Source: an uncultured Lentisphaeria bacterium
GTDB taxonomy: Bacteria; Fidelibacterota; UBA8477; JABMPR01
NCBI GenBank assembly: GCA_964508765.1
Contig: CAZDVD010000004.1
Location: 66,784 to 130,783, forward strand
Direction: 5' to 3'
Length of the DNA stretch: 64,000 bases
Position numbers and translations under genes: made by a program. The notes beneath the pieces are model-generated. The model had not been told where the DNA came from, did not search any database, and saw only the letters and a list, made by a program, of their open reading frames with translations. Shown here piece after piece: positions 1-10,287 of the stretch (positions within the stretch are counted from its first letter, which is position 1; every line of letters begins with the position of its first letter).

Positions 1-1045
1 TGGTGGAGAAAGCATAGAGAAAAGGTGCATCTGCTTTCTGGGACAATTCACTGAAACGTGCATTCAACATTTCGTGGTAAATCCGTTCCACAATATTATC
101 ACGATATTCACCGGCGGTGCGATCAACCCGAGCAGGATGTTTAAAAAGAATATTCACACTGGAACGGGTCGCTTCAGGATCAGAGGCAACAGCATATAAT
201 ACTTCGGCATGACCCGGTGCATCAAAAACAGTTCTTTCCCTGGTTTCAGATCGTTTTGGAATGGCTCCAAAAAGCGCTTTAATCCTGGCTTCAATATCAG
301 CAGGATCAAAATCTCCGACGGCGACAACAGCCATAAGATCTGGACGATACCAGTCCTTGTAAAAACGTCTTACTGTTTCATAACTGGCGTTCTCGATGAC
401 ATCCATAGACCCAATGGGGAGTCTGTCTGCATAACGAGAACCCTTGAACAGGATAGGGATTTGTTTGTCAAAAATACGTTGACCAGCACCCTGGCCCAAA
501 CGCCATTCTTCAATAACAACTCCACGTTCTTTGTCAATTTCTTCACCTTCAAGACTCACTTTGTGAGCCCAGTTTTCTAAAATCTTAAAACCTGTTGCCA
601 TCTGGTTGACACTATCAGTGGGAACCTGAAGCATATATACGGTTTCATCAAAACTTGTATATGCATTAAGATCGGGACCGAAACGCATTCCAATACCTTC
701 CAGATAGTTCACCAGATCCTGCTTGGGGAAATCTTCTGTACCGTTGAAGGCCAGATGTTCCAGGAGATGAGCCAAACCCAATTGGTCTTCATCTTCCAGT
801 ATGGAACCAGCATTAATAACCAGACGCAATTCAGCGCGATTCTCTGGTTTACTGTTTATCTTGATAAAATATTTTAAGCCATTGTCCAGTTGTCCTTCGA
901 TCAAACTGGGATCGACTGGCATTTGAGCGTTTAAGTCAATACTACTTTCAACAGCATCCTGACCTGTAAAAACACAGGCTGATAGTACTAGAGTGAGTGC
1001 GACCAGAAGTGACAGAAGACCTAGATGTGATCGTGAGCGGTGCAT
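1..1045 (-). CDS. M16 family zinc peptidase (insulinase/PqqL-like), N-terminal part; the gene runs off the window start
   Basis: Hand translation of the minus strand from the ATG at 1045-1043 gives MHRSRSHLGLLSLLVALTLVLSACVF (a lipoprotein-type signal with LSAC), followed by GLAHLLEHLAFNGT, the inverted HxxEH zinc motif of M16 peptidases. No stop occurs before position 1, so the gene is absent from the ORF track and the + and - ORFs at 209-580 are shadow frames. Confidence 0.75.
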   Translation of the reverse strand, partial: MHRSRSHLGLLSLLVALTLVLSACVFTGQDAVESSIDLNAQMPVDPSLIEGQLDNGLKYFIKINSKPENRAELRLVINAGSILEDEDQLGLAHLLEHLAFNGTEDFPKQDLVNYLEGIGMRFGPDLNAYTSFDETVYMLQVPTDSVNQMATGFKILENWAHKVSLEGEEIDKERGVVIEEWRLGQGAGQRIFDKQIPILFKGSRYADRLPIGSMDVIENASYETVRRFYKDWYRPDLMAVVAVGDFDPADIEARIKALFGAIPKRSETRERTVFDAPGHAEVLYAVASDPEATRSSVNILFKHPARVDRTAGEYRDNIVERIYHEMLNARFSELSQKADAPFLYAFST

Positions 1046-1173
1046 ATACATTTCTCCCTTAATTCGATATCAAAAAATTGCCTGCCAGTATAATTCTAAA
1101 CTGATGGGAATGTTATGTTTACTTGCTCACAGTAAAATAACGAGAAAAACAAGTATATCGTGTGAAAATGGCC

Positions 1174-1884
1174 TTATTTTGATGACTCGGCGACCAGCCA
1201 TTTGAATAAATCAATACCGACAATATCATTCGTTTCAGATTCGGGATGCCATTGAACTGCAATGAGGGGAATGGAGTTGTCTTTGGGTTCCAACACTTCA
1301 ATAAGTCCATCTGAACTTCGACCAGCTATACTCAAAGTTCCTGGTACATCCCTGACCGCCTGATGGTGAGAACTGTTTGCATCCACCTGCAATTGACCTG
1401 TCAGTTTATGGAGGAAGGACCCCTCTTCCAGCATGACGTCATGACGGGCTTCAAACCAATCCCCGATTTTGTGAACCAGCGGCTTTTTTGTTTGCGCTGG
1501 AATATCCTGATACAGAGATCCGCCTAAAAATACATTCACTTCCTGCATACCCAGACAGATAGCCAGAGTCGGTATTTTGTGCTCCCAGATATATTCAAAT
1601 ATCTGTCGATCATGTTCACCACGTCTTAGATGGAAAGGGTTTGGTGTCAGAGGGTCGCTGGACTCCCCATAATACTTGGGGTGCAGATCGTCTCCACCAG
1701 TGAGAACAATACCATCCAGTTTCTGGATGAGCTGAACCAAGTCTGTTTGCTCGATTATTGGAGGTATCAATACGGGAAGACCACCGGCGCGCTGAACGCT
1801 ATCCGTATATGATTTACCCAGGATACTTCTATCCATTTCCTTGTGTTCATAATATGAAGGAGTTAATCCGATGAGCGGCTTCAT
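1174..1884 (-). CDS. class I glutamine amidotransferase-like / gamma-glutamyl-gamma-aminobutyrate hydrolase family (PuuD-like, peptidase C26)
   Basis: 236 aa. A catalytic Cys lies in the LAICLGMQ context and a His in VQWHPE, the usual C26/GATase1 triad pattern. The start overlaps the upstream amidohydrolase stop (1881-1884). Confidence 0.75.
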   Translation of the reverse strand: MKPLIGLTPSYYEHKEMDRSILGKSYTDSVQRAGGLPVLIPPIIEQTDLVQLIQKLDGIVLTGGDDLHPKYYGESSDPLTPNPFHLRRGEHDRQIFEYIWEHKIPTLAICLGMQEVNVFLGGSLYQDIPAQTKKPLVHKIGDWFEARHDVMLEEGSFLHKLTGQLQVDANSSHHQAVRDVPGTLSIAGRSSDGLIEVLEPKDNSIPLIAVQWHPESETNDIVGIDLFKWLVAESSK

Positions 1885-3455
1885 ACTTTTTTCCCATCCA
1901 TGTAAACTGCCCTCACCAATCCCTCAGGAATTTCATCAACAGCATCGAGATGTTGAAAGTCAGGATCAAGGATGACAAAATCAGCAAGATGCCCGGCTTT
2001 TAACGTGCCGAGATCATGTTCACGAAAGCCTGCGAAGGCGGCATGATGTGTATGTGCTTTTACTGAGTCAACCATGCCCACTGCTTCATTCATATACCAA
2101 CCTGCCCGATGAATGGCTCCGTGAATAGTGGCAATGGGATCAGCTGGTGACACTGGCCAATCCGAGCCAAAAGCCAGTAAAGCATCAGTTTTCTGTAGTG
2201 ACTGGAAGGGATAGGCATAATCACAGCGGTTTCCCAGCAATTTTTCGCCATATAGTGCATCATCCACGCAATGGGCGGGTTGAACCGAAGCAATGATTCC
2301 CAGTTGGGCAAATCGAGATTGGTCATGGGGATGAATGTGCTGGGCATGCTCAATACGGAAGCGACGATCACGGGGACCATTCTCTTTGATAACCGATTCA
2401 TAAACATCCAATACTTCACGCACTGCGCGGTCACCGATGGCATGGATGACTGTTTGATAACCCAGCTTATCAGCCTCGGCTATCGTCTCTCGAATCAACG
2501 CAACATTTTTCCATTGATTGTCATAGATTCCTGAGGATTCGGGGCTATCCTCGTAAGGATCCAACATAAGGGCAGTATGGGAGCCAAGGCTACCATCGCA
2601 AAAACCTTTTAATCCCATATATTGAAAATACTCGCCTTCATGGATACCCGCTTCGATAAAGGTTTTCATCTCCTGCCATTCCAGAATCGGAGTATAGGCA
2701 GTTACTCGTACTTTAAGCTTTCCCTGACGAGCCATATCCTGGAGAAATCGAAAGTGATTCATATCGTAGATCATATCACCCACAGAAGTGACCCCGCGTT
2801 CCAGTAAATAATTTTGAGCAGCATCCAGATTATTGATAAGCTCTGCTTCAGACTCATCAGGCATTTTTTGAAACACTATCTCCATCGCGGCATCTCGCAG
2901 GATGCCTGTGGGTTGTCCATCTTCATCTTTATCTATGACGCCACCATAGGGGTTAGGAGTCTCCGAATTGATACCGGCCAGTTCGAGGGCTGCTGTGCTG
3001 GCTATGGCTGAATGTCCATCATGACGCGTAAGTAGCATGGGGTGCCCGGGTGCTGCTTCATCGAGCCACTTACGCTGAGGAAAGCTGTGATCATTAAAAT
3101 GGTGCTCGTTCCAGCCCCCACCTTTTAGCCAGGAACCAGTTTGACGACCCTTAGCAAATTTTCTTACGATATCTATGAATTCTTTTTTTGATCTAGCATC
3201 ATGGGCTGGAATTGTGAGCAGGGACTCCCCACCCCACAAAAAATGGACATGGGCATCAATAAAGCCTGGTACAACTACGGCACCCTCTAAATCGATGGTT
3301 TCTGTTTCTGCACTAATATGCTTGCTAAGATCATTTCCTACAGCTAGTATTGATTTGCCACTTGTGGCCAGTTGTGAAACCTGGGTTCTTTCAGCATCCT
3401 GGGTAAGAATGATGCCATTAACATATAAATTTTCGGCAATCTGCATATTTATCAA
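1881..3455 (-). CDS. metal-dependent amidohydrolase (Amidohydro_3 family)
   Basis: 524 aa. The HVHFLWGG metal-binding motif is near the N-terminus and the length and overall pattern fit large amidohydrolases. It overlaps both flanking genes by 4 bp, indicating translational coupling. Confidence 0.7.
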   Translation of the reverse strand: MINMQIAENLYVNGIILTQDAERTQVSQLATSGKSILAVGNDLSKHISAETETIDLEGAVVVPGFIDAHVHFLWGGESLLTIPAHDARSKKEFIDIVRKFAKGRQTGSWLKGGGWNEHHFNDHSFPQRKWLDEAAPGHPMLLTRHDGHSAIASTAALELAGINSETPNPYGGVIDKDEDGQPTGILRDAAMEIVFQKMPDESEAELINNLDAAQNYLLERGVTSVGDMIYDMNHFRFLQDMARQGKLKVRVTAYTPILEWQEMKTFIEAGIHEGEYFQYMGLKGFCDGSLGSHTALMLDPYEDSPESSGIYDNQWKNVALIRETIAEADKLGYQTVIHAIGDRAVREVLDVYESVIKENGPRDRRFRIEHAQHIHPHDQSRFAQLGIIASVQPAHCVDDALYGEKLLGNRCDYAYPFQSLQKTDALLAFGSDWPVSPADPIATIHGAIHRAGWYMNEAVGMVDSVKAHTHHAAFAGFREHDLGTLKAGHLADFVILDPDFQHLDAVDEIPEGLVRAVYMDGKKV

Positions 3456-4264
3456 AGTAGATTCTGACGCGCCTGGACCAATGCCTCAATCCGCTGAGGA
3501 TCGGGTTCATTCTTCCAGTTTCCGTCCTTTTTGAAATAGCTACCCACGATAAATGCGTCTGCCATATCAATGATTTGAGGTAGACCAGTTGGCGTTACTC
3601 CACTCCCTACTAGAACTGGAAGTTGTGCAGAAGCATATACACCACCAAGCTCATCTTGATTTACTGGTTTGCCTGTATGGGTCCCGGTGATAATGACACC
3701 ATCACTGAGAAAAAACTCCGCTGCTTCCACCGTATCCTCCAGGGACACATCTGATGTCATGGCATGACTACTATGCTTTTTCTTGATATCGGTGAATATG
3801 TGAATCTGATCGGCACCGATATGCTTCCGAAAGCGCAGGAGCTCACCAGCGTCGGATTGAAGCAATCCTTCATCAGCCATATGGCCAAAAACAAAACCCT
3901 CCGCTCGGATAAATTGTAATTCGGCAGCCTGAGCAACCGATAGAGCGGCCTGATTTGCTCCGGCTAGAATCTGGAGTCCCATGGGGAGTTCACTAACGGC
4001 ACGCACCTCTGAGCATATCCGGGTCAGGGTGGAGGTGATTTCTGGACCTACCTCTCGATTCAAATAGGGTACGTCATGCATATTTTCCAGCATGATGGCT
4101 TGCATTCCACTGGTAGCCAGAACTTTTGCTTCTTTCACTGCCTGGGCAGCAATTTCAGAAACAGACAAATGGTTTTGAGGGGTTCCTGGTAGAGCCTGCA
4201 CATGGATCATACCAATGAGACTCTTCTTCTCTGGAAATAAATTAGAAAACTTGGGTGTATTCAT
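3452..4264 (-). CDS. BtpA/SgcQ family TIM-barrel protein
   Basis: 270 aa, with N-terminal LIGMIHVQALPGTP and the glycine-rich TIM-barrel signature of BtpA/SgcQ proteins. It is the first gene of a three-gene overlapping operon. Confidence 0.65.
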   Translation of the reverse strand: MNTPKFSNLFPEKKSLIGMIHVQALPGTPQNHLSVSEIAAQAVKEAKVLATSGMQAIMLENMHDVPYLNREVGPEITSTLTRICSEVRAVSELPMGLQILAGANQAALSVAQAAELQFIRAEGFVFGHMADEGLLQSDAGELLRFRKHIGADQIHIFTDIKKKHSSHAMTSDVSLEDTVEAAEFFLSDGVIITGTHTGKPVNQDELGGVYASAQLPVLVGSGVTPTGLPQIIDMADAFIVGSYFKKDGNWKNEPDPQRIEALVQARQNLL

Positions 4265-4365
4265 ATGTAAAGTCCTGTCGTTATTTTGGGCTTACAATAT
4301 AGTGTGATATTGGGAGGAGTGAATTGATGTGACGATTTAAGTTATCTAAATATTTTGTCATTCAC

Positions 4366-5088
4366 TCACAAGGAGGTTTCGAGAAAGAGTTGTCGGGGTC
4401 TTTTAATGCCGAACTGTCTTAAGTTCTCTTTGATACTCTCCGCTTTAATTGACAGCGCATTAAATTCTTGTCTTTTTATCTCTCCTTGAAGGATTTCATT
4501 TATAATAGTTTCTATATTACTGATTTCCTCGTCATTCAGGACAACCTGCTTATCGTTGAGTAAAATTTCTTTTTTTAATATGTATAGTCCTGCCCCAACA
4601 ACGAGATTTTCAATCTCATCAGAGCTATAAGTGCTATCGTGAAATATTCCATTTAATCGATCTATTTCGGCGCGCAGGCCGTGAAAGTGACAGTAAGTAT
4701 GTTCTGCTTCAGTAAGATCATTACTTATCAGCTCGGTAATGACAATCTGACCCTGTGGCTTGATCAGTCGCATAAGCTCTGCAAGCACAGCGGGTTTATC
4801 CTGGAGATGATGCAAGGTATTCGATAGGGTTATGGTGGAGAAATGATCTGCTTCAATATCAAGGGGGAGCTTTTCTTGGACAATAAAACGGATGTCCACA
4901 TCAGCTAACGTTGCCCGCGCCTTCTCTACAGATTTTGGATTGATATCAACAGCGGTAACCGTATTGAAGGAAGTGTTGCGGTCCAGGACATATCTGAGGA
5001 ATCCTCCACCACCACAACCAAACTCCAGATAATCACCAAGATTCAGATTCTTAACCAATCTGGTAAGTGAATCATATTCATTGTACAT
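4366..5088 (-). CDS. class I SAM-dependent methyltransferase
   Basis: 240 aa with motif I LEFGCGGGGFLRYV (GxGxG SAM-binding). Confidence 0.75.
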   Translation of the reverse strand: MYNEYDSLTRLVKNLNLGDYLEFGCGGGGFLRYVLDRNTSFNTVTAVDINPKSVEKARATLADVDIRFIVQEKLPLDIEADHFSTITLSNTLHHLQDKPAVLAELMRLIKPQGQIVITELISNDLTEAEHTYCHFHGLRAEIDRLNGIFHDSTYSSDEIENLVVGAGLYILKKEILLNDKQVVLNDEEISNIETIINEILQGEIKRQEFNALSIKAESIKENLRQFGIKRPRQLFLETSL

Positions 5089-5114
5089 ATATGATTCCTA
5101 GCACCCCTAAGTAG

Positions 5115-6104
5115 TTAGTTTCCATATATTGAGAAATCCTCAATCATTTTATCAAAGAGGGTGTTGAGGTGAGTATCAATCTTCTGACGTTGTGGGGCTG
5201 CTTCATACCAGGCAACAATTTCCCTGGCGCCTTCTTCAAACGGAATCTCAGCCGAAAAATCTGGAACCAGCGTCTTAATTTTTGAATTGTCAAATATCAT
5301 GCTGTGGGCTTTGTCTCCCAATAACCCCTCGCCAAAAACAGGATCATAGCGGGCAATGATCTCAGAAGGAATATGAACGAGTTTTGGCTCAATGCCCAAG
5401 GCAGATCCCAGGTGATGAAAGATATTGTCCCAGGATAACCATTCATCTGAAGTGATATGATAGGCCTCATTGATGGCTTCCTGCTTGCCCAACAATCCAA
5501 CCAAACCTTTGGCAAAATCCTTGTGGTGGGTGAGGGTCCAAATGGAAGCACCATCGCCATGGGAAACCACAGGGAGGCCCTGTTTTAGGCGCATGAGTGT
5601 GGTGATCCCGCCTTGCAGGGGAATAAGCGTTTTGTCGTAGGTATGAGAGGGACGCACAATGGTGTAAGGAAAACCTTGCTCCTGATACGTTTTCCTCAAG
5701 AGGTCTTCGCAGGCAATTTTCTTGCGGGCATATTCCCAAAATGGATTGCTTAAAATTGTATCTTCGGTTATGGGCAACCTGCTGGGAGGTGTTTCATAGA
5801 GCGCAGCCGTGCTAATGTAAACATACTGCTCGGTTCGATCAGTAAACATATCAATATCACTCTGAATATGCTCTGTCGTGAAAGCTATCCAATTGACCAC
5901 GACATCAAAATGATGATCCCCTAAGGCAGCCTGTGTCTCAGCAAAATTTCGGATGTCTGCCTGGATGGTTTTCACCCCTGAGATGGGTCTCAAGCTCGAG
6001 CTTTTACCTCTATTCAGATGGTAGAGATCAATACCTCTCGAAACAGATAACTCTGAACAAGCTGAGCTGATGATACCGGTTCCACCAATAAATAATACTT
6101 TCAT
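5115..6104 (-). CDS. NAD-dependent epimerase/dehydratase family protein (extended SDR)
   Basis: 329 aa with the N-terminal Rossmann motif MKVLFIGGTGIISSA. Confidence 0.75.
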   Translation of the reverse strand: MKVLFIGGTGIISSACSELSVSRGIDLYHLNRGKSSSLRPISGVKTIQADIRNFAETQAALGDHHFDVVVNWIAFTTEHIQSDIDMFTDRTEQYVYISTAALYETPPSRLPITEDTILSNPFWEYARKKIACEDLLRKTYQEQGFPYTIVRPSHTYDKTLIPLQGGITTLMRLKQGLPVVSHGDGASIWTLTHHKDFAKGLVGLLGKQEAINEAYHITSDEWLSWDNIFHHLGSALGIEPKLVHIPSEIIARYDPVFGEGLLGDKAHSMIFDNSKIKTLVPDFSAEIPFEEGAREIVAWYEAAPQRQKIDTHLNTLFDKMIEDFSIYGN

Positions 6105-8350
6105 TCTTTCTCTTCCTTTATCAACTTATTTCTATTCAACCAGAACCGCTGCTCCTGGTTACCAACCTGCAATAGAAATGACCCATCCTCCAACACAGTC
6201 TGTCCCAACTTATCGGGAAAACTTAAGTCCCTCTCAGGATGTAACTCAAATTGATACGTGACGGTTTCATTGGGTTGGATATTCTTTTTCTCAAAGTAAA
6301 CCAGCTCTTTTATTGGTCTGGTAATTGATCCTACCTCATCAGCCACAAACCACAATACAGCCTCTTTCCCCGCACGATCTGAAGTGTTGGTAACGTCCAC
6401 TGATATCTTGATTGGAGCAGATCCCGAAGTTAGTGAAGTGTCCATTTTGAGATTTGTATAACTAAACTCAGAATAACTCAGACCCTCACCAAAACTTGCT
6501 ATGCTATAGCGTTTTAACTCATCTGAAACCTGTCTAATCGTAGAATATTCTGATCGTTTATGATTGTACGAGATTATATGGCCAGATTTTTTGGGGTAGG
6601 TAAATGCCATTTTTCCCGAAGGATTTACTTCTCCTGAGATTATTTCTGCGATGGCTTGCGCACCATAAATACCAGGTAGCCCGGCAAAGAGAACAGCTTC
6701 AATCTCATCATATACATCTGGAATCAAGCGGGGGCGTCCCTCCGTTAGTATGAGTACAACAGGCTTATTGGTTGCTATTGCTTCTTTTATTAGCGTGAGC
6801 TGAATTACATCGAGAGTGAGGTCATCGATACTCCCGCCCGTTTCTGCATAAGCATGATCTTCTCCAGTAGCGATGACAATAATATCTGCTTTTCGCGCAG
6901 CCTTCTTGATTGATCGCTTGCCCTGGTAGAGGAGTTTCTCTGAGCCAAACTCCTTTTCAAGGGCGTCTTTTATTGTCAACATATCTTCAGGAAACCAGCG
7001 ATCGCTATCCGCGGCAAAGCGGTAAGTCCATCCACCACATAGTGAAACCTTTTTATCATGAGTAAACCCCGTCAGTAGGATTTTCTTATCCTTCAGGGGC
7101 AGTGTTGCCTTTTCATTCTTCATTAATACCATCGACTCACGAGCGGTCTGTAGAGCCAGCTCAATATTCTGAGGGGAATTGATTTTATCGATATATTCAG
7201 TGGTGGGCATATAGAATTCAAATAATCCCAGATCCTGTTTCACCTTCAATATGCGCCGCACTGATTCATCAATACGTGACATAGGAATCCGGCCTTCTTC
7301 CACCAATTCCTTGAGGTATACACAGTAACTGGTATCAAGAGGCACCATTGACATGTCAACACCAGCCATGATAGCCTGAAAAGTTGCCTCTTTCTCATCT
7401 TCAGCTATAAAATGCATGGTTTCCAATGCTTTGATATCCAACCAGTCTGTCACGGCGATACCCTCAAAACCAAGTTCATCCCTGAGTATTTTTGTTAAGA
7501 TTTCATATGAGGCGTGTACAGGAATGCCGTTAATCTCACCACTGTTTATCATAATGGTAGCAGCTCCTGCATCGATGGCCGCCTTAAAAGGGGGGAGGAA
7601 AAATTCGCGAAGAATCTGATCTGGGATTTCTGCAGGGGATCGATCCCACCCCGATTTTGGATCGGAGTATCCCAGATAATGTTTTGCACAAGCCGCTACT
7701 TTATACGGTTTGGAGGCTGATTCATTTTGAAGTCCATTGACAACAGCCACACCCATTTGACTGGTTAAATATGGATCCTCACTAAAGGTCTCATAGAACC
7801 GACCCCAACTTTTGGCTTTGCCAATTCCAAGCACAGGTCCAAACACCCAATTGTGACCGAGGTGAGCCGTTTCGGAAACGGTTGTGATGGCAGCGTTATA
7901 GGCATGGGTCGTATCAAAACTACAACCCACATTCATATTGTGAGGGAAAATAGTACCGTTTTTTAGATAGCTCGCACCATGGACATGGTCAATCCCGTAT
8001 AAAATTGGAATCTCTGAGTATTCTGCATTGATGCTTTGAATGGTACTGGTTACGTACACCCAGTTTTCAGGAGTAACTGCACGTCCATTTAGAAAGGATC
8101 CGATATGCCAATTTTTGACATAGTCGATGACTTTAGCTGTATCCAATTCATAATCTGTCACCTCGCCATAATTTCGGGCAATACGATCCTTGACCAGGGT
8201 GGTGATATTAAGTTGGGTCATTTGGCCAATTTTCTGTTCCAGGGTCATTTCAGTTAGAAATTTATCGATCTTTGATTCTGTATTTTCTGCTGAGAGCAGC
8301 TGAAATGAGGTAAGTAGTAAAAGTAATATAATGCGGAAATATTTAGACAT
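6101..8350 (-). CDS. glycoside hydrolase family 3 (beta-glucosidase/BglX-like), secreted
   Basis: 749 aa with a signal peptide. The GH3 N-domain motifs GIDHVHGASYLKNGTIFPHNMNVGCSFD and ...ITDWLDIKAL (catalytic Asp region) are present, and the C-terminal fibronectin-like domain fits the length. The stop overlaps the epimerase start. Confidence 0.85.
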   Translation of the reverse strand: MSKYFRIILLLLLTSFQLLSAENTESKIDKFLTEMTLEQKIGQMTQLNITTLVKDRIARNYGEVTDYELDTAKVIDYVKNWHIGSFLNGRAVTPENWVYVTSTIQSINAEYSEIPILYGIDHVHGASYLKNGTIFPHNMNVGCSFDTTHAYNAAITTVSETAHLGHNWVFGPVLGIGKAKSWGRFYETFSEDPYLTSQMGVAVVNGLQNESASKPYKVAACAKHYLGYSDPKSGWDRSPAEIPDQILREFFLPPFKAAIDAGAATIMINSGEINGIPVHASYEILTKILRDELGFEGIAVTDWLDIKALETMHFIAEDEKEATFQAIMAGVDMSMVPLDTSYCVYLKELVEEGRIPMSRIDESVRRILKVKQDLGLFEFYMPTTEYIDKINSPQNIELALQTARESMVLMKNEKATLPLKDKKILLTGFTHDKKVSLCGGWTYRFAADSDRWFPEDMLTIKDALEKEFGSEKLLYQGKRSIKKAARKADIIVIATGEDHAYAETGGSIDDLTLDVIQLTLIKEAIATNKPVVLILTEGRPRLIPDVYDEIEAVLFAGLPGIYGAQAIAEIISGEVNPSGKMAFTYPKKSGHIISYNHKRSEYSTIRQVSDELKRYSIASFGEGLSYSEFSYTNLKMDTSLTSGSAPIKISVDVTNTSDRAGKEAVLWFVADEVGSITRPIKELVYFEKKNIQPNETVTYQFELHPERDLSFPDKLGQTVLEDGSFLLQVGNQEQRFWLNRNKLIKEEKE

Positions 8351-8455
8351 AAATGTCTTCCTTTAATTGATTGGATCGATCTTCTTTTTGCATCAACACC
8401 CCCAATAACGCAAAATCTATTTAACAGTTATCTCTAGGCGTGGGTTTTGGGCAAT

Positions 8456-8893
8456 TTACCCAGAAGACCCCATAGCCAATGGTGAAACTTGTGCAAACCA
8501 CGGGGCTGGGAAAACATCAGTATACATTCTCCATGAATAACATCCAACCCATGCTCCTTGCAATACTCGATAGCCTGAGCTGAAGTCCGAGCCCTGCTGC
8601 ATCCAAACTTTCTTGATACCTACCTTATGAGCCTCTTGAACCAGTTTCTCAGTCTGTGCCGGAGGGACCACATTAACAAGACCGCCCACATCATCTGGCA
8701 ATTCAAATAGAGATCCATAGCAAGTGACCCCATTTATTTCCTTTGCTGAGCGATGAACCAAAAACAATTTATAGTCTTTGCTACTCAACTCCTTATAAAC
8801 TGCATTACCAAATTTATTAGCTGTGCTGGATGCTCCTGCCAGTGCCAGTCTTCTCTCCGCGAGAAACGACTCAATAATACTTTGATCTACCAT
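8456..8893 (-). CDS. CoA-binding domain protein (YccU-like)
   Basis: 145 aa. The N-terminus RRLALAGASSTANKFGNAVYKELSSKDYKLFLV fits a CoA-binding Rossmann-like domain. Confidence 0.6.
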   Translation of the reverse strand: MVDQSIIESFLAERRLALAGASSTANKFGNAVYKELSSKDYKLFLVHRSAKEINGVTCYGSLFELPDDVGGLVNVVPPAQTEKLVQEAHKVGIKKVWMQQGSDFSSGYRVLQGAWVGCYSWRMYTDVFPAPWFAQVSPLAMGSSG

Positions 8894-8911
8894 AGCCCTC
8901 TCCCCTAATTT

Positions 8912-9361
8912 TTATCTCCGTCTAATGGACTGAATGACCACATCTAATTTCTGGAGAAATTCTGAACGATCTCGTTGTGTGAGAGGCGCTGGCCCCCCGG
9001 TGATTTCTCCAGCTCCCCTTAGCTCCGTCAGGAGATCTCGGGTAGCCAGGGTCTGACCAATATTATCATCGGTAAAGCGTTTTCCGGAAGGTCCCAGAAC
9101 TTCTGCCCCACCGGATATACAGCGACCAGCCAGTGGTATATCTGCGGTGATGACCACATCACCTTCCTGGACATGATCCACAATCCAATCGTCAGCTTCA
9201 TCAAAACCATCGCCAACAACTTCCAATTTGATCCGTGAACTTTGCGGTACTCGCATCCTGGAATTGGCCACAAGGGTGACCTTAAGCTCATATCTGTCTG
9301 CTACCCTGTAAATTTCGTTTTTAACAGGACAGGCATCAGCATCTATATAGATGTGCAACAA
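8912..9361 (-). CDS. YaiI/YqgV family protein (DUF188/UPF0178)
   Basis: 149 aa with N-terminal MLHIYIDADACPV, typical of DUF188. Confidence 0.7.
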   Translation of the reverse strand: MLHIYIDADACPVKNEIYRVADRYELKVTLVANSRMRVPQSSRIKLEVVGDGFDEADDWIVDHVQEGDVVITADIPLAGRCISGGAEVLGPSGKRFTDDNIGQTLATRDLLTELRGAGEITGGPAPLTQRDRSEFLQKLDVVIQSIRRR

Positions 9362-9414
9362 TTTATTACGTTCCCCTTGGGTTGGTCAGGTTCAAATAAA
9401 ACGCGACGTCTCAA

Positions 9415-10254
9415 TCAGGGCTTTTTGTAACCATCAATCTTCTTATGTGTTTTCAACCATTCCTGTCCCGCTGTGGTCAGAAAAAAGTCCATCCATTGAT
9501 AATACATACGCTTATTTTTTTCAACCGTAACCCAGTGGCTGGACCCGATGGGAATATGTAATATCTCCCACTCATGAAATCGGATTGAATCTGAATCCGC
9601 ATAAACCATAGCATCATTACCAGACAATCCCAGGAACAGCTGATCCAACATGGGATGCTCATGAGCACCTACTGCATCGGGACCCTTGGTGTCTACGGTT
9701 CCCATGGCAACCCTGGGCGCATGGTTTTTTGGTAGAACTGTGCGACTTATTGTGTTGGGACTCTTAATTTTCTCTGTATATGCTTCACATTCACTAAAAT
9801 TCCTGAAATAGATACCACTTCTATTCTCTGGGGGAAATGTTTTAATCTCTTTCATATCCAGCTTAGACAACTGCTTCTGTATGTGGACATAGTGAAGGGT
9901 GTCACCAGCAGCAACTACAAGTTCAACCTTCTTTTGGTTGTTGGTTAGTGCAATGGCTTCTGGTTCAATCTTGTAGGTGTCTGATCCCGATATTAAGGTG
10001 CCATTTCCCATAATAAAAATAAGGATGTGATCCTTTTTTCGGCCAAGTTTTTCACGATGTGACTGCGGACCAACAAGAATCTTGTGCTCAACTCTTGTTT
10101 CTGCAATTTCACCTATCATCAGCTTTTCTGTAAAATACTGATCACCAACAGGCATCTCCATGGTCAACGTCTGCAAGTGAATTTCGGAATTATCTCCATT
10201 GACAAGCGGTACTAGAGCAAATACGCTCAATATTATCATCAGGCTTCTTTTCAT
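9415..10254 (-). CDS. secreted hypothetical protein with a C-terminal cupin-like domain
   Basis: 279 aa with a signal peptide (MKRSLMIILSVFALVPLVNG). The C-terminal GAHEHPMLDQLFLG ... HIPIGSSHWV resembles the two cupin His motifs. Confidence 0.4.
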   Translation of the reverse strand: MKRSLMIILSVFALVPLVNGDNSEIHLQTLTMEMPVGDQYFTEKLMIGEIAETRVEHKILVGPQSHREKLGRKKDHILIFIMGNGTLISGSDTYKIEPEAIALTNNQKKVELVVAAGDTLHYVHIQKQLSKLDMKEIKTFPPENRSGIYFRNFSECEAYTEKIKSPNTISRTVLPKNHAPRVAMGTVDTKGPDAVGAHEHPMLDQLFLGLSGNDAMVYADSDSIRFHEWEILHIPIGSSHWVTVEKNKRMYYQWMDFFLTTAGQEWLKTHKKIDGYKKP

Positions 10255-10287
10255 GTCTTCCCTCCAAGTGGTAAGATAATGGATATT

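Noticed and set aside
209-580. ORFs 209-580 (+) and 370-552 (-) at the window start
   Set aside because: They lie inside and antisense to, or out of frame with, the minus-strand M16 peptidase gene that runs off the window edge. That gene has a convincing HxxEH motif, so these are shadow ORFs.
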